A program made the position numbers and the translations under genes. A stretch of 64,000 bases of DNA from NCBI GenBank assembly GCA_047630395.1, contig JBLHXM010000004.1, positions 867-64,866 of the forward strand, written 5' to 3'. Positions 9,343 through 18,673 of the stretch are shown here, one piece after another (the stretch's first letter is position 1; every line of letters begins with the position of its first letter). The DNA is from Dokdonia sp. (GTDB taxonomy: Bacteria > Bacteroidota > Bacteroidia > Flavobacteriales > Flavobacteriaceae). Under the pieces are notes generated by a model. That model saw nothing but the letters and a program-made list of their open reading frames with translations, ran no database searches and was not told where the DNA came from.

Positions 9343-10554
9343 ATGGAAGCATATATCATAGACGGAGTAAGAACTCCAATAGGAAGTTATAAAGGAACCC
9401 TAAGTGCTGTACGTACAGATGATCTAGGAGCGCATGTTATACGCGAAGTCGTAAAACGAAATCCAAATATTCCTAAAGAAGCTTATGATGATGTCATCAT
9501 GGGCTGTGCAAATCAAGCGGGTGAGGACAATCGCAATGTAGCGCGTATGAGTTTGCTACTTGCAGGTCTGCCATTTTCTGTTCCTGGAGAAACTGTCAAT
9601 CGTTTATGTAGTAGCGGACTTTCTGCCATTATTCATGCGAATCGTGCGATTAAGGCTGGTGATGGAGATCTCTTTATTTCAGGAGGTGTTGAAAATATGA
9701 CCCGCGGACCCTATGTGATGGCGAAGCCAAGTTCAGCGTTTGGGGGGGATTCACAGATGTACGATTCTACCTTCGGATGGCGATTTATCAATCCAAAAAT
9801 GCGCGAATTATATGGCGTTGATGGTATGGGGAATACCGCTGAAAACCTAGTGGAGAAATATAATATCTCGCGAGAAGATCAAGATACATTTGCCTATAAC
9901 AGTCAGATGAAAGCCGCCAAGGCGCAAGCGAGCGGCCGACTAGCAAGAGAAATTATTCCCGTAGAAATTGCACAACGAAAAAAGGAGCCTCTTGTTTTTG
10001 CAAATGATGAATTCATAAAACCAAATAGCTCCAAAGAAATATTGGCAAAGCTACGCCCTGCCTTCAAAAAAGAAGGCGGAAGTGTTACAGCCGGAAACAG
10101 TTCAGGATTGAATGATGGTGCTGCGGCAACAATCATTGCTTCTGAAGCTGCAGTAAAAAAATACAATCTCAAACCATTGGCTCGCATTGTGAGTTCCGCG
10201 GTGGTAGGTGTAGAGCCTCGTATTATGGGAATTGGTCCTGTGCAAGCTTCAAATACAGCGTTGAAAAAGGCTGGATTAACAATGGCAGACATGGATGTGA
10301 TTGAGCTTAACGAAGCTTTTGCTTCGCAGGCGCTCGCATGTATTCGTGAATGGGGTCTCGCAGATGATGATGCACGTATCAATCCTAACGGAGGAAGTAT
10401 CGCTATTGGACATCCATTGGGTGTTACTGGAGCGCGTATTGCATATTCAGCGGCACTGGAGTTAAAAGAGAAAGGAAAGCGCTATGCTTTAATTACCATG
10501 TGTATTGGTGTCGGGCAAGGATATGCAGCTATTATTGAAAATGTGAATATGTAG
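9343..10554 (+). CDS. paaJ: 3-oxoadipyl-CoA / 3-oxo-5,6-dehydrosuberyl-CoA thiolase
   Basis: Thiolase signatures 'NRLCSSGL', 'GHPLGVTGAR' and 'CIGVGQG'. Confidence 0.85.
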   Translation: MEAYIIDGVRTPIGSYKGTLSAVRTDDLGAHVIREVVKRNPNIPKEAYDDVIMGCANQAGEDNRNVARMSLLLAGLPFSVPGETVNRLCSSGLSAIIHANRAIKAGDGDLFISGGVENMTRGPYVMAKPSSAFGGDSQMYDSTFGWRFINPKMRELYGVDGMGNTAENLVEKYNISREDQDTFAYNSQMKAAKAQASGRLAREIIPVEIAQRKKEPLVFANDEFIKPNSSKEILAKLRPAFKKEGGSVTAGNSSGLNDGAAATIIASEAAVKKYNLKPLARIVSSAVVGVEPRIMGIGPVQASNTALKKAGLTMADMDVIELNEAFASQALACIREWGLADDDARINPNGGSIAIGHPLGVTGARIAYSAALELKEKGKRYALITMCIGVGQGYAAIIENVNM

Positions 10555-10560
10555 CAGTTC

Positions 10561-10598
10561 GCTTTCCGACCTTCGCAAGAGCTTCGGTCGGCGAAAGC
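10561..10598. repeat. palindrome copy split by a 24-nt nested insert
   Basis: GCTTTC + CGACCTTCGCAAGAGCTTCGGTCG + GCGAAAGC. The outer halves rebuild the 14-mer exactly and the insert has its own CGACC/GGTCG termini. The element starts 7 nt after the paaJ stop. Confidence 0.85.
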
Positions 10599-10653
10599 AA
10601 AAACAACCAAAAGAAATCGAATTTGAATTCGATTTCTAAAAGGAATATAATTT

Positions 10654-13188
10654 ATGATTCTAGAATCTTATATCAATGGCAAGTGGGTGAGCGGTGACAA
10701 CACCAACACCCGATCTATGTACGATGCGATTACTGGTGAAGTGATTGGTCTTACAAGTACAGAAGGGTTAGATGTTGCTGGAGCGTTGCAATACGGTCGT
10801 GAGCACGGTCATATATTACGCAAAATGACTTTCCAGCAGCGAGGGAATATGATTAAAAAACTCGCGCTCTATCTCAATAAACGGAAAGAACATTTTTATG
10901 ATGTCAGCTATAGAACAGGAGCTACCCGTGTTGATAGTTGGATCGATATTGAAGGAGGTTTTGGTAATCTGTTTGCCAATGCAAGTCTGCGGAAGTTATT
11001 TCCAGATCAATCCTACGCTGTAGAAGGAGATCCCATAGATCTATCGCGTGGCGGTCGGTTTATGGCACACCATATCCTAGTACCAAAAAAAGGAGTTGCT
11101 GTTCATATCAATGCCTTTAATTTTCCAGTTTGGGGGATGCTCGAGAAGTGTGCTGTAAATTGGATGGCAGGTATGCCAGCCGTGGTGCTTCCCGCACCAC
11201 AGACCGCATTTTTAACGGAGGTTGTGGTCAAAGAAATTATCAAAAGTGGGATTCTTCCAGAAGGTGCTTTACAACTTTTGTCTGGACTGACGACCAATAT
11301 TCTAGATACTACAGAAAGTCAAGATGTTGTGACATTCACAGGAAGTGCACACACAGGGCTCAAGCTACGTGTACATCCTAGATTAATACAAGAAAGCGTT
11401 CCGTTTACAATGGAGGCAGATAGTTTGAATGCTTCTGTTCTCGGGCCGGATGCCGTGCCGGGTACTCCGGAGTTTGATCTGTTTGTAAAGGAAGTTCGTA
11501 AAGAAATGACAGTCAAATGTGGTCAGAAATGTACCGCCATTCGCCGGGCTATTGTTCCTGAAAATTTGATGGAAGATGTGCAAATTGCGCTCGCAAAACA
11601 ATTGGCAAGAACGGTGATAGGAGACCCCAAACTCAAAGAAGTGAGAATGGGAGCGCTTATCAATACCGATCATCGTGACGCGATTAAAAGCCAAATTGAA
11701 AAACTAACGACCACTGCACAAATTGTATACGGTTCCTTGGATACTGTGGAAGCCATGGGTGGCAATGATACCGTGGGTGCATTTATGAGCCCGATCTTAC
11801 TTCGAGAAGACGAACCGTTCAAGAATATACAGGTGCATGATGTAGAGGCCTTTGGTCCTGTAGCGACCTTGATGCCCTATAAAAATTTAGAGGATGCGAT
11901 TACGTTGGCACAAATGGGGAAAGGTTCTTTAGTGAGCTCGGTGGTTACGGCAGATGATGCTTTCGCGAAAGCATACACCATAGAAGCTGCGTCTCATCAT
12001 GGACGTATCTTAACCTTAAACAGAGAAAGTGCACCAGAAAGTACAGGTCACGGCTCACCATTACCTTTATTGGTACATGGCGGACCCGGACGTGCTGGAG
12101 GAGGAGAAGAAATGGGCGGTGTACGCGGAATCAAACATTTTATGCAGCGTTGTGCCGTGCAAGGAAGTCCGACAACACTTTCAGAAATTACAGGAATTTA
12201 TCAGCCTAACGGTGCGTATACGGAAGCAGAAAAACACCCATTTTCATATCACTATGAGGATATCAAACCAGGAATGAGTTTGAAAACACATAAACGTACG
12301 CTTACCGATAGCGATATTCAAAATTTTGCCAATCTGACGTGGGATCATTTCTATGCTCATACGGATATTACAAGCCTAGACGGGAGCATTTTCAAAAAAC
12401 GTACTGCCCACGGATATTTCATTATTTCGGCGGCAGCGGGATTGTTTGTGTACCCTAATAAAGGGCCAGTGAGTGCAAACTATGGACTGGAAGATATTCG
12501 TTTCCTACGTCCACTCTATCATAATGATACGATCTCTGTACGTTTGACCTGTAAGGAGAAACGCGAACGTGATGTAAGCGGACGCGAGCATCCAAGTGGC
12601 ATTGTAAAATGGTATGTAGAAGTTTTTGATGCAGAACCGGTCGACTATGAAAATGGAAAGACAGATGAAGAAGCCACGGCACTTGTAGCCGTCGCAACCA
12701 TCCTCACGATGGTAGAGAAAAAACAAACAACTTTTGTGGAGATGACTGATACTTCTATTGAAGATTGTCTATCTAAACTGACCGTAGACTCAAAACCAGC
12801 TTGGGGCGCTATGACGCCGCAACAAATGGTTGAGCATTTGGAATATAGCTATCGCATTGCCGCAGGAGAGGTGCAGGATTTTGAAGTGGCGACACCTGAT
12901 ACAATATTGGAAAAAGTAGCCGCAACGCTGTGGGATTACAATAAAATGCCCAAAGACTATAATTTTCCGCTATACGAAGCTGGCATTCAACCTGCTTTGA
13001 AACATGAAAATCTCGCTTTTGCGAAAGCGGCATTACTCAAAGCCCGTCAAGAGTATCTTGATTTTTATAAGAAAAGCCCAAAAGCAACTACGAAAAATGC
13101 TGTTTTTGGAGCACTCAATAAATATGAATGGTACTTGATGGAGCGAAAGCACCTAAATCATCATTTTGAACAATTTAATCTACTGTAA
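10654..13188 (+). CDS. paaZ: bifunctional PaaZ (aldehyde dehydrogenase + MaoC hydratase) with an extra C-terminal DUF1569/DinB-like domain
   Basis: ALDH catalytic 'GQKCTAIRR' and the MaoC region 'LTDSDIQNFANLTWDHFYAHTD'. The last ~155 aa ('WGAMTPQQMVEHLEY...KHLNHHFEQF') parallel the stand-alone DUF1569 protein at 47398-47838. Confidence 0.85.
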   Translation: MILESYINGKWVSGDNTNTRSMYDAITGEVIGLTSTEGLDVAGALQYGREHGHILRKMTFQQRGNMIKKLALYLNKRKEHFYDVSYRTGATRVDSWIDIEGGFGNLFANASLRKLFPDQSYAVEGDPIDLSRGGRFMAHHILVPKKGVAVHINAFNFPVWGMLEKCAVNWMAGMPAVVLPAPQTAFLTEVVVKEIIKSGILPEGALQLLSGLTTNILDTTESQDVVTFTGSAHTGLKLRVHPRLIQESVPFTMEADSLNASVLGPDAVPGTPEFDLFVKEVRKEMTVKCGQKCTAIRRAIVPENLMEDVQIALAKQLARTVIGDPKLKEVRMGALINTDHRDAIKSQIEKLTTTAQIVYGSLDTVEAMGGNDTVGAFMSPILLREDEPFKNIQVHDVEAFGPVATLMPYKNLEDAITLAQMGKGSLVSSVVTADDAFAKAYTIEAASHHGRILTLNRESAPESTGHGSPLPLLVHGGPGRAGGGEEMGGVRGIKHFMQRCAVQGSPTTLSEITGIYQPNGAYTEAEKHPFSYHYEDIKPGMSLKTHKRTLTDSDIQNFANLTWDHFYAHTDITSLDGSIFKKRTAHGYFIISAAAGLFVYPNKGPVSANYGLEDIRFLRPLYHNDTISVRLTCKEKRERDVSGREHPSGIVKWYVEVFDAEPVDYENGKTDEEATALVAVATILTMVEKKQTTFVEMTDTSIEDCLSKLTVDSKPAWGAMTPQQMVEHLEYSYRIAAGEVQDFEVATPDTILEKVAATLWDYNKMPKDYNFPLYEAGIQPALKHENLAFAKAALLKARQEYLDFYKKSPKATTKNAVFGALNKYEWYLMERKHLNHHFEQFNLL
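11957..11974. repeat. palindrome, exact, extended to 18 bp (ATGCTTTCGCGAAAGCAT)
   Basis: Inside paaZ, read as D-A-F-A-K-A-Y. Confidence 0.95.
13014..13029. repeat. palindrome variant CGCTTTTGCGAAAGCG (one central C->T)
   Basis: Inside the DUF1569-like tail of paaZ, read as A-F-A-K-A. Confidence 0.9.
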
Positions 13189-13191
13189 TCG

Positions 13192-13944
13192 ATGTCTGAT
13201 CCACACGTAAAACAACATATAGAAAACGGAATTTCAACCATAGAATTTTTTCATCCTGCACACAATAGTTTGCCAGGGGATATTCTAGCAAAACTGGCTG
13301 GAACCATTACCGAAGCCGGAGAAAATGATGCCGTAAAAGTAATTATTCTAAAATCTGGCGGCGATCGGACCTTTTGTGCTGGAGCCAGTTTTAAGGAACT
13401 CATTAGTATCAATGATGCAGAAACGGGGCGTGTGTTTTTCTCAGGCTTTGCAAACGTGATTAATGCGATGCGCAAGTGCCCCAAGTTTATCATAGGACGT
13501 GTGCAAGGAAAAACTGTGGGTGGAGGTGTAGGTGTTGCCAGTGCAACCGACTACTGTATGGCAAGCAAGTTTGGAAGTATTAAGTTGAGCGAACTCAACA
13601 TAGGGATTGGTCCTTTTGTAGTTGGGCCTGCAGTAGAGCGCAAATTAGGGCTAACAGGAATGTCGCAGATTGCTATTGATGCAAATACCTTTTATGACGC
13701 CGAATGGGCAAGACAGAAAGGACTGTATGCTCAGGTATTTGAAAGTACCGAAGCCTTAGATGAAGGAGTGCAAGCTTTTGCTGAAAATTTATGCAACTAC
13801 AATCCCGAAGCCATGCGTGAGATGAAAAAGATCATGTGGGCGGGTACTGAAAATTGGGACGAACTGCTCGCCGAGCGCGCAGCGATTTCGGGACGATTGG
13901 TACTGAGTGCGTTTACAAAAGAGACACTGAAACGTTTTAAGTAG
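13192..13944 (+). CDS. enoyl-CoA hydratase/isomerase family protein (PaaF-like role possible)
   Basis: 250-aa crotonase fold ('FCAGASFKEL', 'GKTVGGGVG'). The start is 3 nt after the paaZ stop. Confidence 0.75.
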   Translation: MSDPHVKQHIENGISTIEFFHPAHNSLPGDILAKLAGTITEAGENDAVKVIILKSGGDRTFCAGASFKELISINDAETGRVFFSGFANVINAMRKCPKFIIGRVQGKTVGGGVGVASATDYCMASKFGSIKLSELNIGIGPFVVGPAVERKLGLTGMSQIAIDANTFYDAEWARQKGLYAQVFESTEALDEGVQAFAENLCNYNPEAMREMKKIMWAGTENWDELLAERAAISGRLVLSAFTKETLKRFK

Positions 13945-13986
13945 TGACCGATTTTAGATGGAAAGATCAATAATTCCAGAACTCAT

Positions 13987-14586
13987 ATGATTTATAGTTT
14001 CAAAGGACATATTCCCGTTGTACACGAATCTAGCTTTGTACATCCGCTAGCTGCAGTGACAGGTAATGTTATTATAGGTAAAAACTGTTATATAGGGCCA
14101 GGAGCAGCCATACGAGGAGATTGGGGTGAGATCATTCTAGAGGATGGTGTCAATGTACAGGAGAACTGTACGGTTCATATGTTTCCAGGAAAATCGATTG
14201 TACTCAAAGAAGGGGCTCATGTGGGGCATGGTGCCGTCATTCATGGTGCCAATCTCGGTAGAAATTGTCTCATAGGGATGAATAGTGTTATCATGGATGA
14301 TGCACAAATAGGAGACGAATGTATCATAGGCGCGATGGCTTTTGTGAAAGCCGAAAGTATTATTCCCAACCGGAGCCTTGTCGTTGGGAATCCTGGCAAA
14401 ATTATAAAAGAAGTGTCAGATGAGATGATCGCATGGAAAACTGCCGGCACCAAACTCTATCAACAACTTCCTGCCGACTGCCATGCATCTTTAAGGGCGG
14501 TAGAACCATTACGTACGGTTCCAGAAAATAGACCTGCTCAGGAAGATTTTTACATGACACTGCAAGCAATGAAAAAGGATACATAA
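13987..14586 (+). CDS. paaY: hexapeptide-repeat (gamma-carbonic-anhydrase-like) protein PaaY
   Basis: Left-handed beta-helix repeats and a C-terminal 'AWKTAGTKLYQQL...AVEPLRTV' resembling E. coli PaaY (recalled from memory). Confidence 0.8.
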   Translation: MIYSFKGHIPVVHESSFVHPLAAVTGNVIIGKNCYIGPGAAIRGDWGEIILEDGVNVQENCTVHMFPGKSIVLKEGAHVGHGAVIHGANLGRNCLIGMNSVIMDDAQIGDECIIGAMAFVKAESIIPNRSLVVGNPGKIIKEVSDEMIAWKTAGTKLYQQLPADCHASLRAVEPLRTVPENRPAQEDFYMTLQAMKKDT

Positions 14587-14661
14587 TATTTTGTTTAACG
14601 AATTCGAATAAAGCATAAACATTTTGTATCTTTGACGTGTACCTTTTTAACTATCAGTATC

Positions 14662-15327
14662 ATGCGTGTTTATTTTTTGTTGTTTGTTGTTGTTTTATTT
14701 AGTTTTAGTGCGTGTGATTCAAGTGATGATACTTCCGAAATGGAGGACATGGAAGAAGTCATGGATCAAGATAATGAAGTTGTGCGTACGGCTATTCCAG
14801 ATCCTATATTTGAGGCCTATCTTATTGGACTCAACGCTGATGACGAGATAGATGGTTTTGTAGATACCCAAAACTTGCTTTTGGTGGATCAAATCGTAGT
14901 AGACGATCTCGGGATATCGGATCTTACAGGTATTCAGGATTGTCCAAATCTATACAATTTATGGTTGCAGAATAATAGTGTTTCAACACTTGATGTTTCC
15001 AAAAATCCCAAACTACAATTCATCTATGCAGACGGTAATAATCTGAACGACATTAATATGAGTGGCCTTCCGCTTCTGGAGAAATTAAGCCTACGTTCAA
15101 ATGCTTTTACGCAGTTGGATGTTAGCGCAAACACATTACTACAATTGCTTGAGCTAAGTGGTAATGTTATTTCTGAAATCTCGCTAGTTACAAATGAAGT
15201 TTTATTTCGTTTGGATATCACTGAAAATCCGTTAACCTGTATTGAAGTCAACGAAGATCAGCTAAGTAATCAAGACTTGGAATGGACACTAGACATTGAT
15301 GATCGTCTTGCTTTAGATTGTAATTAA
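14662..15327 (+). CDS. leucine-rich-repeat lipoprotein
   Basis: Lipobox 'LFSFSAC'. Repeated 'LxxLxLxxNxL' units such as 'NLYNLWLQNNSVSTLDVS' and 'LEKLSLRSNAFTQLDVS'. Confidence 0.65.
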   Translation: MRVYFLLFVVVLFSFSACDSSDDTSEMEDMEEVMDQDNEVVRTAIPDPIFEAYLIGLNADDEIDGFVDTQNLLLVDQIVVDDLGISDLTGIQDCPNLYNLWLQNNSVSTLDVSKNPKLQFIYADGNNLNDINMSGLPLLEKLSLRSNAFTQLDVSANTLLQLLELSGNVISEISLVTNEVLFRLDITENPLTCIEVNEDQLSNQDLEWTLDIDDRLALDCN

Positions 15328-15363
15328 AAGCGTAACCCTATTTTCGCGAAAGCGCAAATAAGG

Positions 15364-16998
15364 CTAGGCGTCGTATTTGCTGTTTACATAATCCATCAAG
15401 TCTACATCTTGTCCTAAAAGTACATCTGTAGGGTTAATACGTCCTTTCTCCGGTCCATTCTCTAGTTTCAAAACGCCACGCGGACAAACCGCTGAACATA
15501 CACCACATCCTACACAACTTGAGCGAACAATATTTTCACCTTTTTGAGCATAAGCTCTCACGTCGATTCCTTGTTCACAATAGGTAGAACAGTTTCCACA
15601 AGAGATACATTGCCCTCCATTGGTGGTAATTCGAAATCTAGATTTGAAACGTTGTACAAAACCTAAGTAGGCTGCCAAAGGACATCCAAAACGACACCAC
15701 ACTCTGTTTCCAAAAATAGGATAGAAACCAGTACCTATTACACCTGCAAACCAAGAACCAATGAGAACACTATACACATTTTTAATCCATTCCGCGGGGA
15801 TCCCAATAAAAGAGGATGCTCCTGTAAAATAGCAATAAAGCACGACAAGAGTCATTACTAAAGAGAAAACTAAAACGGAGTGAATTAACCATCTTTCTAA
15901 TTTCCATGAAATCATTTTCTTGCTAGAATGTTGTCTGTATGGATCTCCGAGTGTTTCTGCAAGACCACCACAACCACATACCCAGCTGCAATACCATCTT
16001 TTTCCAAAGAAATAAACCATTACAGGTACGATAACCAGCGTAAGAACGATACCCCACACTAGTATAAATAATCCTATCCCGCCACTATTTATTAAGGTCT
16101 CTAAATTCCATTCAAAAAAGAAATCATAATCTAAGGGAAATGCATTTTTAAAATCATATGCAGGCATATTAAGGCTTGTCATAATTTCAGGGATCAAGAA
16201 TGCAATTACAATCTGAAAGAAAAGAACGGATGTGGTTCTAACAATCTGATATTTATTGTGTCGATATTTGATATACATACGTACTGCCATGACTATCATA
16301 AGAACACAATAAAGGAAGCCATAAACAAACCATTGACTTGCTTCTCCACCACTAAGTGCTTTGCTGATAGGGTCGAGTATAAAAGTCCAGTTCACGATAT
16401 AATCTGCCATAAAGTATAACGTGAGATAAAAGATCACGAGATAAACAAGAACTAACCATGCTATCCAACCACGGTTGGTTGCAGAATTATGATAAATGCC
16501 ATCATTCTTTATCCCCTTTGGGCCTAGTAATTTTAATTGAGGAAAAATAAACAAAAGAGATCCTAGAATACCTAAACCAAATGTGAGAAACCACATCAAT
16601 CCCTTGTTTTCTACGACAAATCCCTGTCCAGCTTTTTTTGCAAGAGAGAAACTCATCGTCCGGAAATCTTTTTCATTAATTCTAAACTGATATTGCTCGC
16701 CTTTCTTTGTCCAGTCTTTAGCAGCATCGTACTTTGCTATGAGTTTATCAAAATGGTTGTTGTTTTTTTCTAGCGCACCTCTTACGCTACTAGAAAAGGT
16801 GAAAATGTCCATTTGCTCTCCTGTAATTACAGCATCTTGTAATTCTTTTTGAAGCAATTCATTTTCTATTCCTTTGTCTTCAAGAAAAGAGGTTAGGTCG
16901 ACTTGTTTAAGTTCAAAACTTCCTAAAAAGATGGATCCCGTAAATATGGCAAGTCCGCAAAGGAATATTATTAAACCTGTATATGTTAATGCTTTCAT
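15364..16998 (-). CDS. membrane-bound 4Fe-4S polyferredoxin-like protein
   Basis: Multiple TM helices and C-terminal 'CISCGNCSTYC' and 'CVGCGVCSAVCP' ferredoxin motifs. ATG at 16998 is preferred over the TTG at 17040. Confidence 0.7.
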   Translation of the reverse strand: MKALTYTGLIIFLCGLAIFTGSIFLGSFELKQVDLTSFLEDKGIENELLQKELQDAVITGEQMDIFTFSSSVRGALEKNNNHFDKLIAKYDAAKDWTKKGEQYQFRINEKDFRTMSFSLAKKAGQGFVVENKGLMWFLTFGLGILGSLLFIFPQLKLLGPKGIKNDGIYHNSATNRGWIAWLVLVYLVIFYLTLYFMADYIVNWTFILDPISKALSGGEASQWFVYGFLYCVLMIVMAVRMYIKYRHNKYQIVRTTSVLFFQIVIAFLIPEIMTSLNMPAYDFKNAFPLDYDFFFEWNLETLINSGGIGLFILVWGIVLTLVIVPVMVYFFGKRWYCSWVCGCGGLAETLGDPYRQHSSKKMISWKLERWLIHSVLVFSLVMTLVVLYCYFTGASSFIGIPAEWIKNVYSVLIGSWFAGVIGTGFYPIFGNRVWCRFGCPLAAYLGFVQRFKSRFRITTNGGQCISCGNCSTYCEQGIDVRAYAQKGENIVRSSCVGCGVCSAVCPRGVLKLENGPEKGRINPTDVLLGQDVDLMDYVNSKYDA

Positions 16999-17071
16999 AG
17001 TTGATGTTTTCGGTAGGTAAGCTTTTGCGAAAACGCACAAAGCCTTTTATGAGGTGAAATAGGTTTTTAGA

Positions 17072-18418
17072 TTACGCTTTACTAAATATGCGGGCCCAGC
17101 TTTTAGCTTTTACCTTGATGTTCTTATTATTTTCTGAATTGTACTGAGATACAATGGATGCTTCGTGAAGTTTGTAAAATTCCGGATCGAAATTGGCATC
17201 CTTCAGATGTTCCATCACATAATCCGTATCGCGTTCTTCTGTGAGCCAGCGATCAAAAATCTCGTGTCTCATTCGTATTCCAAAGGTGTTAATACCTATA
17301 AATTTTCCGGTAGTGCTATCAGAATTCACCGTAATACACTTAGAGTCATCTGCATGTTTCCAGTGGAAATGTGTTTCATTTTCTCTAGGTTTTGCATATA
17401 CCCAACCGTAGGTCTGATACTCAATATCAAAAAACTTAGCACTATTAAACCAGTGTCCAGGGTTGTAGGCTGTGGGTCTCCCACAAATAGTTTGAGCCAA
17501 CGCTTCTCCCATCATACGCCCTGTGTACCAAACCGCTTCTATCGGACGACGGCCATTGATGCCTTCATGCTGTTCTGCACAGTCTCCTATGGCATAGATG
17601 TCAGGAATATTAGTTTCGAGCATAGGATTTACCTTAATACCACGACCTAGTTCGATACCACTCTCTTTTAAGAAATCAATATTGGGTGATACCCCTGCAG
17701 TAAGCCCTACCACATCGCAGGCAAGTTCTTCTCCCGTTTCTTCAATAATTACAGCGCGCGCATTGCCATTCTCGTCAGCGAGAATTTGTTTAAGATTGGT
17801 TCCTAAACGTAAATCAATATGGTGACTTTTAATATGCCGATTGAGCATTTCGCTTTCTCCCGATGGCAATACACCACTCCAGAAACTGTCTTCTCTTACG
17901 AGGAAGGTTACGGGGATTTTACGAGTTGCAAGCATTTCTGCCATCTCAATTCCTATAAGTCCGCCACCTACTATGACTGCGCGTTTACATACTTCTTTAT
18001 TAGGAGCGTTATCTTCCAGTTTCTGAAGATCTTGTGCGCTGTATAGGCCTTGGACGCCTCCTAAGTCTTGCCCAGGCCAACCAAATTTATTAGGCTTTGA
18101 ACCCACTGCTAGAATGAGTTTGTCATATGCCATCGATTCCCCATCAGCAAAGCGAAGTGTCTTTTGTGCGTGATCCACTTTCTGTACAAATGCTCGTTTG
18201 AGTTCGATACGATTTTTCTTCCAGAAATACGCTTCATACGGTTGTGTATGCTCAAACTTCATATGTCCCATATACACATACATTAAGGCAGTGCGTGAGA
18301 AAAAATAATCAGTTTCAGCAGAAATAATGGTGATGCGTTTATCAGAATTCTTTCGAATGTGTCGGGCGGCCGTCACACCTGATACCCCGTTTCCAATAAT
18401 GACAATATGTTCTTCCAT
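17072..18418 (-). CDS. NAD(P)/FAD-dependent pyridine-nucleotide-disulfide-type oxidoreductase
   Basis: Two dinucleotide-binding motifs, 'IVIIGNGVSGVTAA' and 'VIVGGGLIGIEMA'. Located 73 nt upstream of the polyferredoxin gene on the same strand. Confidence 0.8.
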   Translation of the reverse strand: MEEHIVIIGNGVSGVTAARHIRKNSDKRITIISAETDYFFSRTALMYVYMGHMKFEHTQPYEAYFWKKNRIELKRAFVQKVDHAQKTLRFADGESMAYDKLILAVGSKPNKFGWPGQDLGGVQGLYSAQDLQKLEDNAPNKEVCKRAVIVGGGLIGIEMAEMLATRKIPVTFLVREDSFWSGVLPSGESEMLNRHIKSHHIDLRLGTNLKQILADENGNARAVIIEETGEELACDVVGLTAGVSPNIDFLKESGIELGRGIKVNPMLETNIPDIYAIGDCAEQHEGINGRRPIEAVWYTGRMMGEALAQTICGRPTAYNPGHWFNSAKFFDIEYQTYGWVYAKPRENETHFHWKHADDSKCITVNSDSTTGKFIGINTFGIRMRHEIFDRWLTEERDTDYVMEHLKDANFDPEFYKLHEASIVSQYNSENNKNIKVKAKSWARIFSKA

Positions 18419-18435
18419 GAAGTTAGTTTTGGTTG

Positions 18436-18451
18436 CGCTTTTGCGAAAGCG
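18436..18451. repeat. palindrome variant CGCTTTTGCGAAAGCG (same central C->T)
   Basis: Intergenic, 18 nt upstream of the start codon of the FAD oxidoreductase gene. Confidence 0.9.
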
Positions 18452-18673
18452 TATAAAAGATACGTAACGCTTTGCATGGCTCTTGTGTCGTTTTAAAGAT
18501 AGTAAACTTAATTACAGGGGATATATTTAGAATCATTTTAAATACAGCATGAAGATGTAAGGATTTCCATGTTTTGGTATTTGGGTCTCCTTTGTGTTTA
18601 AAGAAATATTTTATCAAATAAAATGTAAGTCTAATATAAGCTTGTCGACCTACAGTACATCCAAAAATAAACC

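Noticed and set aside
9903-10382. Long antisense ORFs in the track. Examples: 9903-10382 inside paaJ, 2781-3176 inside paaE, 6111-6419 inside paaD, 17165-17650 inside the oxidoreductase, 28173-28568, 41352-41744, 41929-42333 and 50684-51031.
   Set aside because: Each lies entirely within, and opposite to, an ORF that has clear family motifs. They have low-complexity or odd composition and no start context, so they are shadow ORFs.
18423-18617. The 64-aa ORF on the minus strand upstream of the oxidoreductase gene.
   Set aside because: It sits in the divergent promoter region, is AT-rich with lysine- and isoleucine-rich translation, and has no supporting features.
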